A stretch of 64,000 nt of DNA from Gekko japonicus (lineage: Eukaryota): NCBI RefSeq assembly GCF_001447785.1, contig NW_015159714.1:1373594-1437593 (forward strand), written 5' to 3'. Under the pieces are notes generated by a model that worked only from the letters and a program-made list of their open reading frames with translations, was not told the DNA's origin and did not search any database. Made by a program: the position numbers and the translations under genes. Every line of letters begins with the position of its first letter. The first letter of the stretch is position 1. Of this stretch, positions 1 to 12,820 are shown piece after piece.

Positions 1-19
1 GTTGTTCCCAACCACAGGG

Positions 20-1075
20 ATAGATCTGGGCATGCATGAGTAAATGCTATGCCTACATTCCAGTGAATATCCATAGGAGATGGATCAGCATACTCTGTAT
101 GGAGTACATGTCATTTGTACAAGGGTTAATGAATGTTCGGAACGAGGGTCTGGAAGTAGTAATAGGCTGCATGAAGTCAACGAACTGAAGCTTACTCCAG
201 GCCAAACTCGATCAACTATTTAGACAAGTAGACATTAAGGAACTGGACAGTTTTGGGTGGGATTGCATTCTTGCTAGCAAAGTATGGCTGCAGTTTGGGA
301 GGACATGATATCTGTTTATACAGAAAAAAAGATCAGGGGTTCACAAGGTGGTGCCCATGGACACCTTCCCTGTCACCAGCCAAGTGTTTTTTAGAAAGTG
401 TGCACAACCAGGTGGGACTTTTGCCTAGTAAGGCTTCCAATTGGCCACTGGAGATTTTACTGGCTGTGCAGATAATTGGCCACTGGAGATTTTACTGGCT
501 GTGCAGATCTTTTTTTTTTTTAAGTCGCTTTGGCAGCAGCTGCCACCACACCATAAGGATCTTCACTGTGTGACTGAAGGTAAGCTGTGGCAAGGTAAGC
601 CATTTTGTGGCTGACTCTGCCTCTTGCAGCAATCATTTTGTGGCAACCATTTTGTGGCTGCACCCACCATGCTATATCAGAATTCCCAACATGCCTATAG
701 GCTCAAAAAAGTTGGGAACCCCTAGTTTAGATACTTCAGCTCATTCAGAACCCAGCATTCCTTCAGCAAGATTGCTGACTAAGAATAGAGAACATACTCA
801 CCAGTTTTAAAATAATTGCCCTAGCTACCAGTTTTATTCCAGGCACAATTCATAGCTCTTGTTCTCAGTGGTAATGTTCTATGTGGTCTGGGGGAGAAGT
901 ATAGCCTGCTCCCATACAAACACACCTGTTAGTTAGAGCAGGCCTCTACAGAAAACCTTATCTGTTGCCATCATCAGAGGTAGGTGGTGACCATACATAG
1001 AGCTCTTTGGGTGGCAGAATCTCAGGTTTGAAATATCCTCCCCACATCTGTTTGCTTGTTAAGCTTTTAGGCACC
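20..1075 (+). mobile_element. Very degenerate L2-like fragment split by the 334-724 MITE
   Basis: Nucleotide resemblance to the L2 segment at 28400-28700 and to the L2 ORF end. Confidence 0.5.
334..724 (-). mobile_element. hAT-Charlie-like MITE family A, inserted into an L2 fragment; contains a 35-bp perfect tandem duplication (439-508)
   Basis: Ends caggggttcacaa / ttgggaacccct; reverse-complement similarity to copies at 2816, 25858 and 40243. Confidence 0.75.
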
Positions 1076-1779
1076 AGTGTGGCCAACCTGCCAAGAACCC
1101 TGGTCTGAGGCTGCATACTAGGGGACACCATGTGAAAATTATTCCAGCATGCAGTAGTAGTCAGAGTATCTGTGTAGGTTTTGGGAGGTCAGGATTCAAA
1201 TCTCCACCCTGCCATGAGGGTCACTGGGTGATATCATATACTCTCCACCTAGCCTGTATTTCAGGAGTCCTATGATGAAATAAATGGTGTGTGTGTGTGC
1301 TACGCAGCTTCTTGAACGAAAGGTTGGATAAAAATGAATATTATTTCCTCTGGCATTTTAAGTGCTATATTGTGGGGCGAGGTAGAAGCACTCTCTAACT
1401 TGAATGTTGCTATCCTATATATTTCTAGTTTATAGGTTCTATTGTCAGAAAATAATATATGCATTTTCATTTTTTTTTGTTTTAATGAGGCCAGTTTCTA
1501 TGCTGCTTCTTAAGACGTTTTAAATCTTTTAAAATTCTGTGTTTTAAAATATTTCTATTAGTATGTGTTTTCATTATTTTATTGCCATCTGTCTTAAACA
1601 TATATGTGTGTGTGTGTGTACACATATACATATAAAATCGATACAAATAAGTGTTGTATATATTTTGAGGCAGATACAAAATACATGTAGCCAGCATAAA
1701 TCAAAGGTACACTTTTGTCAAAAGGGAGAATGGGAAAGAGGCCATTTTTTCACCTCTGATATGAAGAAGAAAAATGTTC

Positions 1780-1980
1780 CATCGAATCACAACAAACTCA
1801 TGGAAACTCCATCCACAGGGCATTCCAGGCAAGAGATGAGCAGAGGTGGTTTGCTGTTGCCTTCCTCCCAGTAGCAAACCCAGTCTTCCTCGAAAGTCTC
1901 CCATTCTAAGCATTAACCGTGGCCAGCCCTGCTTAGCTCCTACATTCTAACAAGCTCAGGCTAAGCTGGGATATTCAGAC
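1780..1980 (-). mobile_element. 5S rRNA-derived SINE remnant (5S head + RTE/BovB-like tail)
   Basis: Minus strand gcctgagcttgttagaatgtaggagctaagcagggctggccacggttaatgcttagaatgggagact aligns to the 5S rRNA internal control region (AGCTAAGCAGGG...TGGATGGGAGAC). Degenerate, so not a functional 5S gene. Confidence 0.7.
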
Positions 1981-2815
1981 TGCTCCTCTGATAGAATAAG
2001 TGCTTCTTTACTTGGATAGTTGTACTTTCCAAAAATACCCAGGTTTGGGACTGTTGCAGCCTTCCAGAGGGAAGCTACCCAGAATGCCTGTCTTCCAGTA
2101 TTCTTTTAGTGTCTCTTACATATCTATGTATCAAATGGGTAGAAGCCAAATACACAATCATTTCATTTAATCCAGTGGTCCTTAACATTTAATCCACTAC
2201 TTCCCACCAAGTACCTAACATTATAATTGTATGACTCCCTGCCCAGCTACAAGTAAAATATTAGGATTTAAGATTATAGCTACAGACTGGGATGCTTCCT
2301 TTATGCAGCTATATTTATATTTATGAATGATATCAAGAATACATTTAGAAAGCCTATGGGGAGGGCGGGGTATAAATGTGAAAAATAAATAAATAAATAA
2401 AGACACTTGCACCAGATGGCCATCAGTTACCTCCTTAATATTAGGTTTTATTCTTATTCAAAGTGCCTACCCTACTCTCTTTTAGGTACCAGTCCAGAAC
2501 ATTTTTTTAACCCAGGATTTAATTAGCGGCATGATCTTCTTAATTGTTTTTACAATGTGCTATTAGCCTGAAGACTTTTATGAGTATCACTTAGACTGCT
2601 AAATGTTTTATGCTCTGAGTGTTTATGCTGTTTTATACTCTGGATTTTTACTGGCTCGATTTTTTTTTTTGCTTGTTAATTTTATTGTTTTTGTTTTTAA
2701 CCTTGTTTTATATTATGAGATGCCTCAAGCAGGTCTCTGAACAGTGGCATCTTAATGAATAAAATTTACTGTTACCACTTTTTAAGGTCTTGGGGGAGAA
2801 ATCTAGAATCTAATA

Positions 2816-3144
2816 CATGGATCTCCAACATTTTTTGAGTCTGTGGGCACCTTTGGAATTCTAAACACATCATTATGGGCACAGTCACAAAATGGCTGCT
2901 GCGGGAGGAGAAGCTAGCCACAAAATGGCTGCCCCAACTTAACTTCAGGCATACCCTGAATATCCTTTTGTTGGGGTGGCAACTGCTGCCAAAGCAATGT
3001 TTAAAAAAAACTACATAGCTAACCAGATCTCCAATGGCCAGTAGCTCTACCCCATCTTACTCACTTTCTAAAAACACTTGGCAGGTGCCAAGAGAGGTTT
3101 GGTGGGCACCATGGCACCCATGGGCACCACACTGGGGATCCCTG
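2816..3144 (+). mobile_element. hAT-Charlie-like MITE family A
   Basis: Shared motifs (gggcacctttggaattct, acaaaatggctg, gggcaccatggcaccca); TSD atctaata/atataata (7/8). Confidence 0.75.
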
Positions 3145-3508
3145 ATATAATATTTTATCCTCCAGGCAGGGTGAGCACTATAAAACTCTGGCTATCAGAA
3201 ACCACTGCGAGTGGGGAGAAGGGGTTGCCTGGGGTTAATAACTTTTGGATGGCATACAGTAGAAAACTGGGAGGCAGGGACATGGGTGTACCACTGTGTC
3301 AATAGTGTGATGTCATTTCTGGGGCAAACCTGGAAGTGATGTCATGTCATTGGCACATTGCTCTAGCATTTACCATAAACTCTACGGTATCATGGAGTTT
3401 CTGGAGAATCCTAGAGCATTGCACCAATGGCATAACGTCACTCCCAGGTCCTCCCCAGAAATGTTTCTGGTGGATCCTAAAGCATTGCATTGATGGTGTG
3501 ATGTAACT

Positions 3509-3742
3509 CAGCCCCTGAGCCGGCTGCAAAATCAGGAAGACCTGAATGGCCTGCTATGGCAACTCACTGCGCCTGCGCCAGTCAGGTGCCTGGGTGGGCC
3601 AATCGTCAGGCCACCCACAGCCCTGCCAGGACTTGGGGGGTGGGGGGAAGAGAAGGGGGTCTGGGTGGAGGTCAGCGGTGGGGCGGGTGTCGTCTGTGGT
3701 AGATGTTGCCCCCAAAGCCCCCCCCCCCCGGCTACAGCCCTG
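3509..3742. mobile_element. GC-rich hAT-type MITE nested in an older repeat
   Basis: Perfect 8-bp TSD ATGTAACT (3501-08, 3743-50); imperfect CAG...CTG TIRs. Confidence 0.75.
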
Positions 3743-5859
3743 ATGTAACTCCTGTTTCCCCTGGAAAGGATTTAATGCTGTCTATGCAATAGCGATTTCG
3801 GCTTATTTTTTGTCCCCTACTGCCCTCCTGAGTGACAGGGGCAGGTCGAGGGCTGCCACTATAGCAGGAGACCTTGCAGCCCTAAAATTCCCTACAATCC
3901 CAAATGTTCCCCGTTTGTCTACAAAAGTTTTAAACGTTCCCTAAACTGCCAATGTTTGTAGATTGCCCTGTTAAGAATCACTAATTGGGTTCATTATTGC
4001 ACTGTCAACCAGCAGTGTTTTTCAATTGTGTCAGTCATATGGCCCAGTTACCCAAGATCCACTTTAGGAGGGGATACCAGGAATACAACCAGAATGTTCC
4101 ATATGGCAAAACTTGTGCCCTACCACTCGACAGTCCTATCCTACATAATGAACTGCAGTCATAATGCAAATAGAGGAAGAAGAAGGGGTATGCAGGGTCC
4201 AAGATATTTATAGTACCTTTTCAGTTATTATAGTTTCTGGGACACTAGAGTTACTTATTTTTTCACCGAGCTTTAGCACCGTTTATGACATTAGATTTTA
4301 GAATATCTGACATCTGACCTAAACCTGAGGATTAGGATGTGCTAAAAATAGAAAACCAACAACTTTCCTTCTTTCCTATCCCCTTTGTTTGCCATCCTTA
4401 AAAAAACCCCAAAACTCCTTCCCTTTTCTCCTCTTTGAGGCCAATGGGTGTTTTGACATGTGACTCTAAAGTGGTTTTGGGCTTAAATCAGTAATCCAAA
4501 TATAAAATCTGCATTGGCTACACGATGTCCATTCACATTTAAAAGGGCTCTCTTCTTGCTGCATCAAAAACCATGCAGGGCCCATACAGCAGCTCCAAGC
4601 AGTTTTAGAGTCCTCTGCAAATATGTTCTGCACATGGCAAGATGCAAAAGCTCTGGCTACTCTCCGTTTTGCTTTGAGCCTTGTGATATGTATTTTGTGG
4701 GAGAGAATGTCTCTAGAATCTGTAATCATAGCTGTGAGAATCTCAGTTTTCACTCAAACCATAGGCAATTACAGACTTGGAGATTGTTGAAGAAAGAGTC
4801 TGTGGGGATACCGACTCTGATATCTGCTTTGTCTCCTCATAGTCCTTTCTTGTGTCTGCCCTATTTGTGTCATTTGGGTTGGCCTCAATAAAAGGTATTG
4901 CATTATTTTGGCTTCCATATCCCGCCCCACTCACCACTTTCACCTCCCTCTCAGTCTCCATTGGTATGAATCACTTTCCCCAGCTTCTATGCAGTATACT
5001 TCCCACCTCATAATGCAAGAGGGGTGCTGCCCGAGATATAATGTTGATATATTACTCAGAGCCTCTTTTACAAAACTCCCGCCCCCAATACCTGCCTCAC
5101 AAGTCTGGTAGGACTGTTTTTAAAAATGCTGCAGACATTGTCCTTTGACCTTAGCCGGCTGCTTTCCCCCCACCACTTCCAAACAGGCTGCTAAGAGTCG
5201 GACAGGGGGAACAAAGACACTTTTGTCACCCTATATGAAACACAAGGGTACAGGATAGGTAGCCAGTTGCCCTACTTTTGCAGGGGCTGTTTCAACGCCC
5301 TGCAGGACTCTATAGAGCAGAGTTAAACCCTTAACTGGACTCTCCTGAAGAGCGCACCGTCAGAGGTTCGGATAATGGTACATGCAAGATACTTCTCTCT
5401 GCTGCATTACTGAATGCGCCCCCCCCCCACTGTTCACTCAAAAGAACACCATCATTTTGTAGAACACAAGAACTAAACAGCAGAGGAGAACTTAACAGAA
5501 GAACCTGCCAGCCCAATATTAGACTGCAACAGCAGTCACAGCTCTAAGGAGCTCTGCAGAACTGTTTTTAAAAAAACTCCCGGACACTATTGTATAAACA
5601 CCCCCACATTCTATCGAACACCAGATGATGCTCCCAAAGCTTTCCAGAAAACAACCTGACAGGTCCGTAGAACAGACACAACTGTGCAAAAAGATCCCCC
5701 CTAGAGATATATATCTCGGACTTTACAAGCCCACCTTTCTTTTTGAATGTATTCAGCAAGCCTTACAGTTGATTATCCAGATGAATAAACAGCATTCTCA
5801 GCTGCCTCGAATGAAAAAAAAAAAGTTTTTTTTTTTTTTTAAAGTTAAATCAAGCCAAA

Positions 5860-7700
5860 GAAGGCGAGAGCGAGGAGGGGTTTGGAGAAGGGCTGCGTGT
5901 GGAGAGGAGGGACGGAAGGGGGGGGGCTGCGGGGAAGTGGGCGAGGGAAACTCTGCGCTTTAACTCCAATCAATGTGGTAGAGGATTCCTCCCAAGCATT
6001 TTCAAGGAAGTCTGAGGCAATTAGTTCAGTCAGTAGACAGCCTGTAGCCAGCCAGTCTGGGCTGTTCCCAATGACTCGCAAGGAATCAAAAAGGAGAGCA
6101 GTTACAATAATTTCCTATGATCGCTGCAGTTTGGGCTTCTTTTGAGGACAGATATTTTTTTGTTGTTGTGTCTCTGGAGGGCGTGTGGTTCTGTGCGGCT
6201 GATTTCTTTTCTTTTTGGGGGCGTTTACATTTTGCATTTGGGGACTGCTGGAGATTTTTGCTCGTGAAAACTTCGCCGCGTGCCTGGTGGGTGGAAGCGG
6301 AGGACGAGCGATGGGCTTCGAGCTGGATCGGTTCAACGGGGAGGTGGATCCCGACTTCAAATGCAATCTGTGCAACAAAGTTCTGGAGGATCCTCTCACC
6401 ACCCCTTGCGGTCATGTGTTCTGCGCCGGCTGCGTCCTGCCTTGGGTGGTGCAGCAGGGCAGCTGCCCAGTGAAGTGCCAGCGGATCTCCACCAAGGAGC
6501 TGAACCACGTCCTGCCCTTGAAGAGCCTCATCCTCAAGCTGGACATCAAGTGCGACAACCAGGCGCGGGGCTGCGACAAGGTGGTCAAGCTGCAGCACCT
6601 GGCCGAGCACGCCGAGATGTGCGACTACTCGCCGGCCAAGTGCCGCCACAAGGGCTGCGCCGAGGTGCTCAACTTGCGCGACGTGGACGCGCACATGCGC
6701 GAGAGCTGCGAGGCCCGGCCGGTGGGCATCTGCGAGCAGGGCTGCGGCTTGGTCCTCACCCACCGCGAGCACAAGGCCGGCTCGCACTGCTGCCTGCAGG
6801 CGCTCAAGGGCCACAACGCCGCCCTCGCAGCCAAGCTGGCCGGCCTCGAGAAGGAGCTCAAGAAGGAAGCGCTCCGAGCCGGCAAGAGGGAGAAGTCGCT
6901 CCTCTCGCAGCTCTCGGCCGTCCAGCTCGAGCTGCAGATGACAGCGCTGCGCTACCAGAAGAAGTTCACCGAGTACAGCGCCCGCCTCGACTCGCTCAGC
7001 CGCAGCCTGGCGGCCCCCTCGCCCACCAAGGTGAACCGGGCGGCGGCCGGGCCGGAGGGGAGGAGGGCAAGGGGGGCCCGCGCGCCCCCGCGCGCGCTCG
7101 GCGCGTCCCCGCCACCCCCGACGGCCGTCTCCTTGCCTCTCTCTCGGCCGCGCGCCTGCCCCTGCTCGGTCCTCAGCAGAGTCAGCCCTCTGTTGGATTT
7201 CGCGGGGAGTCACTCTGTAGGATTGCACCTCCGCCTGCCTTCATCCTCCCTGTGAGGGATGGGACGCCTGTCACTACACTGCAGGCTNNNNNNNNNNNNN
7301 NNNNNNNNNNNNNNNNNNNNNNNNNNNNNNNNNNNNNNNNNNNNNNNNNNNNNNNNNNNNNNNNNNNNNNNNNNNNNNNNNNNNNNNNNNNNNNNNNNNN
7401 NNNNNNNNNNNNNNNNNNNNNNNNNTGTGGCCGGTCCCCAAAGGACAAACTCTTCAGCTTTGGAATTCGCGCCCCCTCCCCCGACCAGTTCGCTCCTTCA
7501 CATTCAGCTTCAGCCGCAGATTTGGGACAGATGCTTCGGTGAGAGGCAATATCCCTTTGGAACAACAACAAAAAGGGAAAACCTCCCCCCTCTCCCCCCC
7601 CCCGTCGAGTGCCAGACGTTTGGCATCCTCTGGTGAAAGTCTCTCCCTGTGTAGTGAAGGCGCAGGGAGGGCGCTTGGGAAGCAAGGGTAATCATAAGGT
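5860..7700 (+). promoter_or_regulatory. PDZRN3: PDZRN3 promoter/5'UTR and CpG island over exon 1 and the start of intron 1
   Basis: GC- and CpG-dense from ~6270 to ~7210 against an AT-rich, CpG-depleted background, with G-rich tracts at 5870-5945. The TSS cannot be placed from sequence. Confidence 0.75.
6311..7030 (+). CDS. PDZRN3: PDZ domain-containing RING finger 3 (E3 ubiquitin ligase), coding exon 1: C3HC4 RING, TRAF-type zinc finger and coiled coil
   Basis: Strong-Kozak ATG (gcgATGg) at 6311. Translates [45 protein letters not shown]...[33 protein letters not shown], closely matching PDZRN3 as I recall it (PDZRN4 starts MGFALERF). 720 nt, phase 0, donor AAG|GTGAAC at 7031. Confidence 0.97.
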
Positions 7701-9072
7701 TGAAGTTGGGGTAGGGAGCTAGAAGTTTGGTTGTCCGGGTTTGCTGCTAAGTGGTCAAGCTCCTCCCCTCCCCCCCTTTTTGTCTCCTTCCTCACTTATT
7801 TTCTCTCCCTCCCCACCGCCCCAGTCTCTCTCTCTCTCTCTCTCTCCCCCTTTGGTTACAGACATGTCTGTCAGCTGCCGCTTCAGCCAGCTGGAGGGCT
7901 CTACATGAAGGGCAAATATTTACAGCTAAGCTGCTCACAACTAACTTTGGGAGAAATAGGACCTGCCTTAGAAAGGAGGAGGAGAGGGAGAAGAATCAAA
8001 ACATAAGAAAACTTCCCCAAATTGCCATGCTAGTGGGCATTAGATGTAAAAAACCAAACCCCCCCCCCCCTTATTATTCTTATACTATCAAAGGCAGATT
8101 TTAAAGGAACGTTTTGGAGGCTCGTTTTTACAGTGCTTACATTGTGTACTTTTAAGTGTTTTCTTTTAGCATGAATTCTTCATGGAAATCTTGTTAATGG
8201 AAGCCAGTTTCTCAGTTACGACTGTATTTGATGGGTGTAGGGGCTGGATTTGCGTCTTGGTCAGAAAGAGAATAATGTGATTCGTTGTACTGAATCACAT
8301 AGTTGAGCATTTGGATAAGCACCGAAGGGCTTGTTCTCTTGCTTAAGAATGAACATTGGATTTATTTGTGATTAGTTCATGATGATTTTGGTATGGTAGT
8401 GTACTCCAGAATATCCTCTGGATAATTCTTGGAAGGTCATAACTGTGGAGTNNNNNNNNNNNNNNNNNNNNNNNNNNNNNNNNNNNNNNNNNNNNNNNNN
8501 NNNNNNTCCTCTGAAAGTAGGAACTTGGATATACCATGAATAGGATTCTCAAGACTCCCAGCTGATACTGAGTCATTAGGATTGGCCATTACTAAACAAG
8601 ATCACTCAGTGCAGTGATCCCTGTCCTGGGAGCTTTCCAAACTGGGCTATTCAGTAACCATAAATCATCTAGAGTGGGCTGAACAGTGTTTGAGGTCACC
8701 AGGATCAGCCATTAGAGAATGCACACAAACATGAAATCTGCTCTCTAAAATCTACAATGACTTCATAGATCTAGAAAGCACAGCAACAAACTGTCATTCA
8801 TGACTGCGTACTTGCAGAATCTCTTAGACCCATGTCTCTTTAAGCAGCCCTTCTTTTTCTTTTAAAAACCTCTGGAGCAAGAGACTGTGCAGCTTCCAGG
8901 ACACATACACAGTAGTTCTTACAGTTAAGAAGCATTAATGGTAACTAGCCTAAATATGTTACGCTTAAAGCGGCTTGTCATTGGAGAATATGTGATGCTT
9001 TCCTTGGGAAAATTTTTGGCTGGCAGAAGAGACTGTAAGAGCTCACACAAAAGCCACTTAAGAACGTAAGGG

Positions 9073-9470
9073 AACATAAGAGAAGCCAATGTTGGATCAG
9101 GCCAATGGCCCATCCAGTCCAACACTCTGTCACACAGTGGCCAAAAATACCAGGTGCCATCAGGAGGTCCAGCAGTGGGGCCAGGACACCAGAAGCCCTC
9201 CCACTGTTTCCCCCACAAGCACCAAGAATACAGAGCATCCTTTGCCCCAGACTGAGAGTTCCTAACTATACCTTGTGGCTAATAGCCACTGATGGACCTC
9301 TGCTCCATGTTTATCTAATTTCCTCTTGAAGCCATCCCTGCTTGTAGCCGCTGCCACCTCCTGTGGCAGTGAATTCTATGTGTTAATCACTCTTTGGGTG
9401 AAGAAGTACTTCCTTTTATCTGTTCTAATCCGACTGCTTAGCAATTTCATTGAGTGCCCACAAGTTCTTC
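9073..9470 (-). mobile_element. CR1 LINE 3' end
   Basis: (AACATAAG)n terminal octamer repeat; near-identical to the copies at 31306 and 44961, the latter linked to CR1 RT sequence. Confidence 0.85.
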
Positions 9471-11572
9471 TTACAGTGTCACCTCCCAGTGTTTTATCCA
9501 ACTGGACCATTGCTCAAATAATGGTTTAAACAAACCTAATGGTTCACTCTTACTTTACTAACAGCACTCTCAAAAGCTGTTGCTCCATAAGAACTACCAA
9601 CTTGTTCTCAGTTGCAGGGATGCTTTTAGCAATGGGATATGCTCAGATTCGACTTTGGGGGATGGGTGGTCCCCTACCCATCAAACTAATCCGAGTAGGG
9701 GCCTACTTGTGTTCCTTTCCAGGATTCTGTTTAAAAGGACCAGCTTTGCCTTTCTAAGGTCCTGCAGGAAATTCCCCACCCAGTATTCTGTGTCTTTAGT
9801 TGTGTTGTTCCTGCTTTTTGACAACTTTGCTGGCTAGTCTCACTCTGTCAGTGATGCTGATATGTAATCCCACATCTTGCCAACGCTTCACCCCACCCGC
9901 CCCGATAGTCTTTCTGCATACTGTTGCATCACTACTGAAATCTGCTTTTAGACTGTCCTGTTGTGACTGAAACATGAAGCCAAGTACTTCAGTGAATTTG
10001 GTGCTAGAGTTCTACCGCCAGCTTGAAGGCTTTGTAAGTGTCTTATGTGCCAGTGCTGATATCCACTGTAGTATTCTTCTAGATCTCTTGTGCAGTATTG
10101 TATGAGCCAAGAGACTGTTCAGAATGAGTTCCATCCAAACTCTGCCGTAGTTGGTTGAAGCCAGATTGTTGCAGTTTTACTTGTAGTGGCACACATTACT
10201 GCTTACACCACTGTAGATGGAGCGGATGTGTATGGAGGTGCTGATTCTTCACCTTGGAGTCAAGCATTACATTTTCCACCTGAATTTCCATTCCTTCCCC
10301 TGAGGATCCCCATGTCTGGATGTGTGCAAGAGAAAGAGATGCTTGAAAGTGCCTTAGTTTTCTGTAAATGGGGTACTTGAAATTTTTGAAGTTCAGTTCT
10401 GGAATTCACAGTTGTTAGGGAAGCAAGTTATGTATATCTCCCAGCATGTTTTCATGAGTGTCCAGACATGGAATGATCTCATCACTGGACTATGTAATGT
10501 CTGAATCAGTGTTGGGTGTCCATAGCTCTGCTGCAGCATTATTATATTACCCTCCTAAATGCTTTAGTTGCTGCTATTAAAAATAATCCTGGGTAGTGTC
10601 CACAGTATGTGGTGTGTGTAGCAATGTTTTTATCAGATTTATGGACACAGCTGGTTAACATGACTGTTTATGTGTTCAGCCTGTCCACAAAAAGGTTGTT
10701 ATTCAGTTTGTAGGAAAAAAGGGAGCGTGTAATCTGCAGAAAGCCAAAAGGTGTCATGTCACCACAAAACTGTGGCGTAGCTCTCAATCAATTACATGTC
10801 TTTCATAGACTTTTGGGCAACTTTCCAACATTAACAGTTTCAGCCTGGCCAGTGCCAAAAGGAAGTGCAATTAGAAAACATATGACTTTGTGTTTTAAAG
10901 GACTGCAAAAGGAAGATTGTGTCAGTCTAGGCATCGTTCTGCCGCATGGCTCTCTGCACTGGTTTAGGGGCTGGATGGCTTGCTTCCAGAATTTTGATCC
11001 TGGGATTATTTAATCAGACAACGATGTCAACGTAATTATGTACAGCAAAGGGCAGAAGAAGTATGCAAGTGGCAGGGTATGCACAGTAGGCTCAGGAGTT
11101 TTTAGATCCCAAAATATTCTGATTGAGTATAGTGCATAATTTAAAACAGTGTTGTTCGTTTTTTTTCCCTCCACTGTTTGTTCCTTGTCAAAATGCGATC
11201 CCCTGGGTTATCTTTTATTGTGATTATGGCTGTTCCTATTTAAAAAATGTTATGGTAATCTGGAGTTGCTCGGTCCATGTCAAAAATGTCATTTGCACAA
11301 TCAATCCATAGAATATTAATAATTTGTAAAATTTCTTGGATATAACCCCCCTTTTTGGGGGGGTGATGAGGGTAGTATGGGGCATTCAAGATGCTCCAAG
11401 CTTTAGCTAAGTGGGGTTCTATTTTCCTGTATGTTATAGGACTATTTAGAGGCACGCATTTAATGTATAACTAGGATTTGGGTGGGAGAAGGTTCTATAA
11501 ATGCATGATAATGGTCAATGTTGTGTGCCCTGTAAAAAAAGAAACACACTTCCAGAAGAGCCAGTTTGGTGG

Positions 11573-11846
11573 AGAGCCAGTTTGGTGTAGCAGTTAGGAA
11601 CGTGGACTCTAATCTGGGAGAACCAGGTTTGATTCCCCACTCCTCCACTTGCAGGTGCTGGTGTGACCTTGGGTCAGTCATAAGTTCTTTCAGAGCTGTT
11701 CTCTCAAGGGCAGTTCTCAAGAGAGCTCTCTCAGCCCCACCTACCTCACAGGGTGTCTGTTGTGGAGAGGGGAAGAGAAAGAGATTGTAAGCTGCTCTGA
11801 GACTCCTTCGGATAGCGAAGGGCGGACTATAAATTCAGTCTCTTCT
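11573..11846 (+). mobile_element. tRNA-derived SINE (Squam3-like, gecko long form); the head 15-mer is duplicated at 11557-71
   Basis: agagccagtttggtgtagcagttagg...ggtttgattcccc Pol III boxes; same body as four other copies. Confidence 0.85.
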
Positions 11847-12429
11847 GTAAATCCAGTTGCTTCAGATGGATGTGGAGGCACTTTGCATAAAGTGAGACAT
11901 GAAATTTCTCGAAACAGACTAAAAAAGAAACCTCACTTCAAGACCTGTATTAAAATGATTACTCCCAGTGAACCCGCTATTCAGTGTCTGACTGTTCTGT
12001 GATGGAACGATTTCCCAAAGCTCAACCCTCAATTACAACCCTCCGTGATTATTTTAAAGTAAAAATAATGTTTTTAAAAAATCAAAAGAGCCATATTACA
12101 TACACATTGGTTCTAAGGTAATAGAATAGGGGACATTGGGGCATAAGGGATAATTTTTATACACAGAAAAATCCCAATTTTTCTTCAATTTATAATGTCT
12201 TTTGAAAGTCAAATGCCTGCAGCCTTGATACTATGAACATCTGTACTTCCTGCTTGCAGCTCCTGTGGCTTGCTGCTCAGGGCAAGGGGAGCAAGGTCAT
12301 TCCACTGTTCTCCAGATCAACTGTGATCCTAGTATATAAATAGTTGTCTTTCAGCCTCTTATGGTTGACTATAATTAGATAGTTCTGTAGTACCTGTAAC
12401 AAACGGCATGATGTCAGCAGCTTGTTATG

Positions 12430-12820
12430 CAGGGGTCATTTCGTAGAAAAAGAGGTGCAGGAGCTCATTAGCATGACTTATTAGCATAACTTATTTGCAT
12501 ATGCCACACCCCCTGACATCACCGGAAGTGTGTCAGAAGGCAACACCCACCGCTCAAGCTCCACTGGACTGTTTTGGATTGCTAGCTATTGGAGGGGGGG
12601 GAACGTGCAGATCTGTCCTCGCAGAGGAGGGAGAGCTTGTACCTGAATAAAACTTGGTCTTAAAGGTGCCACTGGGCTGTTTTGAACCTTACCTGGCTGC
12701 TTCTTGCTCTGACTAAGGGCTGCTGGGAGCAGGGGGTGGGGCTTGTTGCATGTGCCCTCCCCCTGGGCTCTTTACTGCCGGAGCTCCGCTCCTGTGCGCT
12801 CCTGCAGGAAATGACCCCTG
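12430..12820 (+). mobile_element. Non-autonomous hAT MITE (TIR CAGGGGTCATTTC)
   Basis: TIRs caggggtcatttc / gaaatgacccctg; perfect 8-bp TSD TTGTTATG (12422-29, 12821-28). Confidence 0.92.

Noticed and set aside
6086-7228. 380-aa antisense ORF, plus the 420-aa alternative-frame ORF at 6280-7542, over exon 1
   Set aside because: Expected shadows of a very GC3-rich coding exon in a CpG island. They have low-complexity R/G/A/P content and no recognisable domain, and one runs through an N gap.
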